A stretch of DNA of 32,000 nucleotides from Aeropyrum pernix K1 (GTDB taxonomy: Archaea > Thermoproteota > Thermoprotei_A > Sulfolobales > Acidilobaceae). Location of the stretch: assembly GCF_000011125.1 (NCBI RefSeq), contig NC_000854.2:1410001-1442000 (forward strand), read 5' to 3'. This document shows positions 26,037 to 32,000 of this stretch, piece by piece. Below the pieces are notes generated by a model that worked only from the letters and a program-made list of their open reading frames with translations, was not told the origin of the DNA and did not search any database. Position 1 is the stretch's first letter. Each line of letters begins with the position of its first letter. The position numbers were made by a program, and so were the translations under genes.

Positions 26037-27080
26037 ATGAGGGGTGGCAGTCTCGTGAACGGCGATGGCTATATCGTGAGCATCAGGGGGTTGAAGGTGC
26101 ACTACCCGGTGTATTATAGCCTTCTAAAGCGTATCCTGGGAAGGCCTGACGCCGTCGTCAGGGCTGTCGATGGTGTGGACCTGGGAATAAGGGAGGGCGA
26201 GGTCCTGGCCATAGTTGGGGAGAGCGGGTGCGGGAAGACGACTCTGGGGAAAGCCATAGTGGGTATCGAAGAACCCAGCGATGGCGCCATATACTATAGG
26301 GGTGAGCTGCTCACGCCTCACAGGCTCGCTAGAGATAGGAGGCTCCGTAGGAAGCTGCAGATGGTTTTCCAAGACCCCTACAAGAGCCTCGACCCTCTGA
26401 TGCCCGTGGGAGATCAGGTTGCGGAGCCCCTTGTCATCCACGGGCTAGCCAGAGGCGAGGAAGCAAGGCGGAGAGCCGTTGAGATGCTGGAGACCGTGGG
26501 CCTGACTCCCGGCCGGGAGTTCTACTGGAGAAAGCCGCACCAGCTCAGCGGGGGGCAGAGGCAGAGGGTGGCTATAGCTAGGACCCTGGTGCTGGAGCCC
26601 GAGGTTATAGTTGCTGACGAGCCAGTCTCGATGATAGACGTCTCCATGAGGGCATCCATACTGGATCTTATAATGGACTACCATAGAAGGACAGGGGCTA
26701 CTATAGTACTTATAACTCACGACATAGCGGTGGCAAGAGCGGTCGCGGACAGGATAGCGGTCATGTACCTAGGCAAGATAGTTGAGGTGGGCGAGCCCAG
26801 GAGTGTTATAGAAAATCCTAGGCACCCCTACACGGCAGCCCTGGTGACGTCGACACCCTCTATAAGCAGGAGGAGGCCACCTCGATTCCCCATATCCGGC
26901 GAGGTGCCCAGCGCAGTCGCTATACCCCCCGGCTGCAGGTTCCACCCCCGCTGCCCCCTGGCGAGCAGTTTGTGCCGGAGCCGAGAGCCAGCCCTCGTGG
27001 AGGAGGGTGGCAGGCTCTACGCGTGCCACCACCCTCTGGAGCCGGGGTCTCTATGGAGACAGGCTGAGCAGGCTGCCTAG
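26037..27080 (+). CDS. Dipeptide/oligopeptide ABC transporter ATP-binding protein (DppF-like)
   Basis: Walker A 'GESGCGKTTLG', signature 'LSGGQRQRVAIARTL', Walker B 'VIVADEPVSMIDV', 'PPGCRFHPRCPLASSLC'. Confidence 0.95.
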   Translation: MRGGSLVNGDGYIVSIRGLKVHYPVYYSLLKRILGRPDAVVRAVDGVDLGIREGEVLAIVGESGCGKTTLGKAIVGIEEPSDGAIYYRGELLTPHRLARDRRLRRKLQMVFQDPYKSLDPLMPVGDQVAEPLVIHGLARGEEARRRAVEMLETVGLTPGREFYWRKPHQLSGGQRQRVAIARTLVLEPEVIVADEPVSMIDVSMRASILDLIMDYHRRTGATIVLITHDIAVARAVADRIAVMYLGKIVEVGEPRSVIENPRHPYTAALVTSTPSISRRRPPRFPISGEVPSAVAIPPGCRFHPRCPLASSLCRSREPALVEEGGRLYACHHPLEPGSLWRQAEQAA

Positions 27081-27109
27081 TTTATACCAGTGCACACGCC
27101 CTTACAGAG

Positions 27110-28003
27110 GTGGTGTCTAGCTCTTTGAGCCTAACTACATTAGCCGGCGGCACACTACTCCTCAAAGGAAGCCCCTCCACCCTCTTCTATAAGCACGGTA
27201 GGACCCTGTTCATAGTGGACCCTGGCCACGGGAGGAAAAGGGCTAAACAGATATCCAAGGCTGCAGAGAAGCTGGGCGGGGAGGCTGTAGCCATAATCAC
27301 CCACTTCCACAGCGACCACCTCTCAACCCTCTACCAGGGCTTCCAGCCCTCAACGGCTCTAGCCCCCGTGAAAGACCTGGCCATGGTCCAGGACAGGGTT
27401 ATGAGGCTGCACTATACCTTCGGCTACCCCTTCACGGGTGCCGAGGACTACCTGCTCTTCAAGGCCGAAGACGTTGATAACGTGGAGCCGCTTGAGGCGG
27501 AGAGGATTAAGCCCCTGAGGCTGGTGCCCTTACCCGGTCACACACCCGGCCAGACGGGGGTTGAGACGCCTGACGGCGTGCTCTACGCGGCCGACTCTAT
27601 ATTTGGAGAAAGAGTGCTGCAGACGTACGCCGTCCCGTACCACTCCAACCCCTGCCAAGCCCTGGAGACCCTAACTAGACTCCGTGACAGGGTAAACAGG
27701 CTGGAAGTCATTGTGCCTAGCCATGGCAAACCTGTGAAGGGTGAGGAGGCTGAGAGGCTCCTGGAGATGAACATAGAACGGCTGGAAGACGCCTGGACGG
27801 CTCTTACAGAGGAGTTGTCGAGGGCTCCGGCATCAGTGGGGCTTCTAGCATCAACGCTGATGAAGAGGTATGGGGCGGAAGCCACGCCTACCCTCGCCAT
27901 ACTAGTCGAGACCGCTGTAAGAGGCTACATAGGATGCCACGGGGCCGAGCTGGAGCCTATTCTTGAGAGTGGCGTGGTTAAGTGGAGGGTTAGAAGGCGG
28001 TAA
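27110..28003 (+). CDS. Metallo-beta-lactamase fold hydrolase
   Basis: 'AVAIITHFHSDHLSTLYQGF' (HxHxDH), 'PLPGHTPGQTGVETPDGVLYAADSIF', 'IVPSHGKPV'. Confidence 0.9.
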   Translation: MVSSSLSLTTLAGGTLLLKGSPSTLFYKHGRTLFIVDPGHGRKRAKQISKAAEKLGGEAVAIITHFHSDHLSTLYQGFQPSTALAPVKDLAMVQDRVMRLHYTFGYPFTGAEDYLLFKAEDVDNVEPLEAERIKPLRLVPLPGHTPGQTGVETPDGVLYAADSIFGERVLQTYAVPYHSNPCQALETLTRLRDRVNRLEVIVPSHGKPVKGEEAERLLEMNIERLEDAWTALTEELSRAPASVGLLASTLMKRYGAEATPTLAILVETAVRGYIGCHGAELEPILESGVVKWRVRRR

Positions 28004-28083
28004 GGCACCGTTTACCCAAACCGTGCCTTCATGTAACAAATTATGGCAGGTTGTGTCGGGCACGGCTGGGTTCATCACGGTCT

Positions 28084-28135
28084 CCCCGGGGCTGCCTACG
28101 GAAGCCCCTGGGGGCTTCCCTCGGGAACCCCGGGG
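28084..28135. repeat. Nested GC-rich inverted repeats in an intergenic region
   Basis: 'ccccgggg' (28084-28091) and 'ccccgggg' (28128-28135) flank a perfect 9-bp stem 'ggaagcccc-tg-ggggcttcc' (28100-28119). Confidence 0.75.
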
Positions 28136-28219
28136 TCACCGGGTTAGGTTTATGAACTTCAAGCCTTAAAGTTTTGTTGGGGATTCCCCAATATGAGCTA
28201 CATAACGAAGAGATATGGC

Positions 28220-28250
28220 TTAGATAGGCATTCAACATCAGCCTATCTAA
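28220..28250. repeat. 10-bp perfect inverted repeat, 11-nt loop
   Basis: 'ttagataggc' (28220-28229), loop 'attcaacatca', 'gcctatctaa' (28241-28250). Confidence 0.8.
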
Positions 28251-28426
28251 TAGCTCTACGCGGTATAGAAAGATACAGTCAGATACAGAAAGTTACAGCT
28301 TAGTTTTTCTGCCCCAGCTGGGGGCTCCCAGCCGGACACTCAAGAGCAAATACATGCTGCGTAAAGTAGCATCTTTATTAGGAACAGGGTCTAGTTTGAA
28401 TGCCAGTGTGACAACGGTGGTACCAG

Positions 28427-29806
28427 TTGTCCAGCGGGAGAGTGGAGGAAGTTGTGAAAAGGCTTGCCGAGATAAGGGCGATGGACGCTAGAGGAGAGGG
28501 CGGCAGGCTCTTCACATACCTCTACGAGACGGGAGACCCAGGCGTGAAGGAGGTTTCCCTCAGAGCCTTTGAAATGTTTCTAGACACCAATGCCCTAGAC
28601 CCGACGGTGTTCAAGAGCGCCTTGTTCTTCGAGAGGGAGCTAGTCTCCTTCGCCTCAAGCCTCGCTGGAGGTGTTGAAGGCGTTGTCGGCACAGTGACCT
28701 ATGGAGGCACGGAGAGCATAATACTGGCGGCTATGGCCGCGAGGGAATGGTATAGATCCCTGGGTGGCTCTCGGACTCCCGGTATCGTGGCACCCCAAAC
28801 CGTCCACCCTTCAGTGAGGAAGGCTGCACGCTACCTGGGTATGAGGCTATCTATAGCCCCTGTAGACCCGGGGTCTAAGAGGGTCGACATTGACAGCCTC
28901 GTATCGCTGGTAGACGATCGTACCGCCATGGTTGTCGTCTCGGCCCCAAACTACCCTTACGGCACTGTCGACGATGTTAGGAGCGTTGCCGAAGCCCTGT
29001 CCAGCCAGAGGGTGTGGCTCCACGTGGACGCCTGCGTAGGAGGCTTCATACTACCCTTCATGAGGGAGCTAGGCCTGTACAGTGGGGCGTTCGCCTTTGA
29101 CGTCGAGGGGGTATACTCTGTGTCAATGGACCTGCACAAGTACGGCTACTCGCCTAAAGGAGCTTCAGTGCTTCTATTTAGGGACGGGAGCCTGAAGAAA
29201 CACAGCATATTCGCCGACCTCAGGTGGCCCGGGTATCCCTTTATAAACACAACAGTCTTATCCTCGAGGAGCGTCGCGCCCTTAGCGGCCGCCTGGGCCG
29301 TCACAAACTATCTGGGCCGTAGGGGGTATCTAGAGCTTGCCAGAAAGGCTGTCGAAGCTAGAGACGAGATAATGCGGGGTCTAGAGTCTATCGGCTTCAG
29401 GAGCCTAGCCCCTATAGAGTCGACAATACTCTCAGTAGCTCTCGACGATCCCGCGGATACTCTGAGATTCCATGCTAACATGTCTAGAAGAGGCTGGATA
29501 CTCGGGCTACAGCCCGGTGTGGAAGGTTTAGCCCCGCCGAACATACATTTGACGATATCCCCTATCCACAAGCTCGTGTCACCCCAGTTCCTAGGGGACG
29601 CCAGGGCCTCTTCCAGCGAGCCGCTTCCTAAGGAGCTGGAGGAGGCATGGCGCCTCCTAGAGAGTAGGGGGCCTCTGGAGCTGGCTGGTATGATAGGGAG
29701 GACCCAGTACGACCAGGTCATCATAGCGTGGATCCTCTCCTCGATACCGCCGGACTTGGCTGAGGACCTCGCCAGAGAGCTTACTGTAGAGGTGTATCGA
29801 GGTTGA
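28427..29806 (+). CDS. PLP-dependent group II decarboxylase / sphingosine-1-phosphate lyase-like protein
   Basis: 'GTVTYGGTESIILAAMAAREWY', 'HVDACVGGFILPFMRELG', PLP-lysine region 'SMDLHKYGYSPKGASVLLFRDG'. Confidence 0.9.
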   Translation: MSSGRVEEVVKRLAEIRAMDARGEGGRLFTYLYETGDPGVKEVSLRAFEMFLDTNALDPTVFKSALFFERELVSFASSLAGGVEGVVGTVTYGGTESIILAAMAAREWYRSLGGSRTPGIVAPQTVHPSVRKAARYLGMRLSIAPVDPGSKRVDIDSLVSLVDDRTAMVVVSAPNYPYGTVDDVRSVAEALSSQRVWLHVDACVGGFILPFMRELGLYSGAFAFDVEGVYSVSMDLHKYGYSPKGASVLLFRDGSLKKHSIFADLRWPGYPFINTTVLSSRSVAPLAAAWAVTNYLGRRGYLELARKAVEARDEIMRGLESIGFRSLAPIESTILSVALDDPADTLRFHANMSRRGWILGLQPGVEGLAPPNIHLTISPIHKLVSPQFLGDARASSSEPLPKELEEAWRLLESRGPLELAGMIGRTQYDQVIIAWILSSIPPDLAEDLARELTVEVYRG

Positions 29807-30951
29807 GGCGCTCCCTGCTCCTCGCAGGCCTAGCCCTCTCCGTGTTCTCGAGCCAGGCGATATGGGTCACCTACTCTCCTGTGACGAGCCTTGTAGCCGA
29901 GGATCTGGACGTATCTAAGGAAGAGGTTGGCCTCCTAGCTATAGTCTACCCCGCGGCCTTCCTAGCGCTTACAATCCCTAGCGGCGTGCTTCTAGACAGG
30001 GCTTTCAGGACCTGGCTTACCGTGGGCGTGCTTCTTACAGGGGCTGCGGGCGTTCTGAGGCTTCTAGACCCCCTCAGCTACGAGTGGCTGCTGGCATGCC
30101 AGGTCCTCGCTGCACTGGGCCAGCCCCTACTACTCAACTCCTTCGCCCCCGCAGCATCAACAATCAGGCCAGAGCGTAGGGATACCGTGGTCTCGCTCCT
30201 AAGTTTCGCCATGTACCTGGGAATCATATACGCCCTAGGAACAGGCTACTACATCTACACCAGGCTCGGCCTCCAATGGTTAAACATACCTATCGCAGCT
30301 GTATCGGCAGCCAGTGTAATACTGTATGTAGCAGGTCTACCAGCATTACCTCAGCAGGCGGGGTCAGGTCTCGGTTTCAAGGATGTGGTGTCAGAGTTTA
30401 GACTATTGGCTGGCAGGAGGGATCTATGGCTTCTCGGCCTAATACTAGGCTTGGGTGTGGCACTGTTCGACAACATGTCGATATGGCTTGAGGCCGCGCT
30501 GTCACCGAAGGGACTGGGAGACATAGCTGGCAGCTCTGTAGCCTTAGCACTCTTGGCAGGCCTGGTGGGCGTTGCGGTCATACCCCCCAGGGTTGTTAGG
30601 GTTGGGTTAAGATCGTGGTACATCAGGGCGGCGGCGCTACTAGTAGCCGTATTATACCTAGCCTTAGCACTGGAGACGAGCAGGCTAGCAGTGCAAACTT
30701 TGATCCCGCTGGCGGGGCTTGTCATGCTCCCCGCATACCCAGTGATAATGGAGTGGATATCAACCTACTACGATAAGCGGCTCCAGGGCAAAGCTGCAGG
30801 GGCCATAGGGTTCGTGAGCAGGATCCTCACAGTATCCCTCGCATCGGCCGCTACACTATTCCTCTCTAGCCCCTCAGCCTACTTCACATTCCTAGCAGTA
30901 CTTTCAACAATAGCATTTGCCATAGCCCTTCTACTCCCCTCAGACCGCTGA
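29803..30951 (+). CDS. MFS transporter
   Basis: About 12 hydrophobic segments. 'FLALTIPSGVLLDRAFRTWLTVGVLLTGAAG' is an MFS loop 2-3-like pattern. TTG start overlaps the upstream stop. Confidence 0.88.
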   Translation: MRRSLLLAGLALSVFSSQAIWVTYSPVTSLVAEDLDVSKEEVGLLAIVYPAAFLALTIPSGVLLDRAFRTWLTVGVLLTGAAGVLRLLDPLSYEWLLACQVLAALGQPLLLNSFAPAASTIRPERRDTVVSLLSFAMYLGIIYALGTGYYIYTRLGLQWLNIPIAAVSAASVILYVAGLPALPQQAGSGLGFKDVVSEFRLLAGRRDLWLLGLILGLGVALFDNMSIWLEAALSPKGLGDIAGSSVALALLAGLVGVAVIPPRVVRVGLRSWYIRAAALLVAVLYLALALETSRLAVQTLIPLAGLVMLPAYPVIMEWISTYYDKRLQGKAAGAIGFVSRILTVSLASAATLFLSSPSAYFTFLAVLSTIAFAIALLLPSDR

Positions 30952-30997
30952 AAAACGGTATGGGAAAGTTTTGGCACGCTCCTGCCGTTCCCTAACC

Positions 30998-31996
30998 TTA
31001 TTTGAGGAGCAGCCTTAAGACCGCTGCAGCCACGACAAGTGCAGCCAGCACTATAATTAGAGTGCGCGTGTCCAGCCCGAGGACGCTCCATATCGATGTT
31101 GTTACCGTGGATAGCGTCTTGGTTATTGTACCTATCGTTGCCGTATACGTTCCCACTTCGGTAAAAGTCTCTGTCTTGGTAACTGTTGCTGTTGCACCTC
31201 CTGTTACAGTCGATGTTACAGTTCTATAGCTTGTACTCGTCTCTGTTACAACCACAGTAGATGTTGAGCCTGCACCGCCTCCGGAGGCTCCACTTCCTGG
31301 TTCTTCTCCAGAGAGAATTTTCTGGATATCACTGCTAGAGAGGTAGATGAGGGCGTAGTTGTTGGAGAAGCTTAGCTCAGCGCCACCACCCTCCACAGCT
31401 ATGTATGCAACAAGGTCCTCGCCGGTATATCCCGAGTCAGGGAGGCTCAGCTCGACTCCTATAGTGTAAGTCCGTTTATCGCTCACGGCCAGGGGTGTAT
31501 CGTAGATGGCGGAAGCGCTGTAGACAGGGGTCTCCTCGTTGCTCCCGAGGAGCATAGCCCATATGAGCAGGTCATCCGTCATGTCGGCGTCTCCCATGTT
31601 GAAAACTTCTACGTCAGCCTCAATCACAATAGTAGGGCCCTCCTTGACAGCATAGCTGGTGTTCAGGAGCGTTAGAGCTGGGTCTGGAGGGTCTGTTGTC
31701 ATGCCTTTGGTCTTCAAGCCTCCAGCCGAAGTCACGGGCGCGCCCTTCCCGTCTAGGTCGAAAACAATTATCGGCGGCATCTTGGGCGACGACACTATGG
31801 GGGGTAACGCGGATATCTCCTTCTCGATAAGCCTCTTGAGGTGCGTCATAACCTTGGGGTCAGCCTCAAACTTGAACCACTTCCACGCAGGGTCGCTACC
31901 CTTGACGAGCTTCGAAGAGAGCGTAGAGAGTGCTGGATCTGAGGAGCTGGCGTAGAGTCTCGGCGTCCTCTTCAGTATGTTGCAAACCTCTAGCAT
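30998..31996 (-). CDS. Putative surface-anchored protein, C-terminal part (probably 5'-partial at the window edge)
   Basis: Domain with CARDB/adhesin-like beta features ('VFNMGDADMTDDLLIWAMLLGSNEETPVYSAS'), Thr/Ser-rich stalk 'STSTVVVTETSTSYRTVTSTVTGG...', then the C-terminal TM 'TLIIVLAALVVAAAVLRLLLK'. The frame remains open to the window end. Confidence 0.7.
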   Translation of the reverse strand: MLEVCNILKRTPRLYASSSDPALSTLSSKLVKGSDPAWKWFKFEADPKVMTHLKRLIEKEISALPPIVSSPKMPPIIVFDLDGKGAPVTSAGGLKTKGMTTDPPDPALTLLNTSYAVKEGPTIVIEADVEVFNMGDADMTDDLLIWAMLLGSNEETPVYSASAIYDTPLAVSDKRTYTIGVELSLPDSGYTGEDLVAYIAVEGGGAELSFSNNYALIYLSSSDIQKILSGEEPGSGASGGGAGSTSTVVVTETSTSYRTVTSTVTGGATATVTKTETFTEVGTYTATIGTITKTLSTVTTSIWSVLGLDTRTLIIVLAALVVAAAVLRLLLK

Positions 31997-32000
31997 GTCC

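Noticed and set aside
26124-27032. Antisense ORFs within the peptide transporter ATPase gene (e.g. 26124..26441, 26445..26720, 26769..27032)
   Set aside because: They lie opposite unmistakable ABC ATPase genes and have no family motifs.
28084-28250. CRISPR-like or tandem repeat array
   Set aside because: The elements are differing inverted repeats, not identical regularly spaced direct repeats.

Overview
This is a GC-rich archaeal window that looks like Aeropyrum (Thermoproteota/Desulfurococcales). I base the genus on recalled similarity of the 359-aa Zn alcohol dehydrogenase to the A. pernix enzyme and on the APE2256-type CARF protein; no search was run. Layout: (1) a CO-dehydrogenase/molybdoenzyme maturation-like cluster (CoxE-like VWA, MobA/MocA-like nucleotidyltransferase, CoxG-like, XdhC/CoxI); (2) a tightly overlapping three-gene operon encoding an apparently inactivated family B DNA polymerase (PolB2/Dpo2-like), an 86-aa helical protein, and a RadA/RecA-fold paralog that has lost its Walker A loop; (3) an ORF-poor stretch at about 7.56-8.40 kb; (4) divergent alcohol dehydrogenase and amidohydrolase-DUF59 genes, where the amidohydrolase reading frame extends upstream of every canonical start; (5) tRNA-His(GTG) with an encoded G-1 and CCA; (6) DUF488 and 3-methyladenine DNA glycosylase genes, then an aminotransferase; (7) a sugar-type ABC transporter without an ATPase in the window; (8) an orphan CARF-domain (Cas_APE2256/ring-nuclease-like) gene with no CRISPR array or cas genes nearby; (9) a complete dipeptide/oligopeptide ABC transporter operon plus an MBL hydrolase; (10) a PLP-dependent decarboxylase/S1P-lyase-like gene translationally coupled to an MFS transporter; (11) a C-terminally anchored, Thr-rich surface protein, partial at the window edge. 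The best candidates for an unusual system are the PolB2 / small protein / P-loop-less RadA-paralog operon and the orphan CARF gene.
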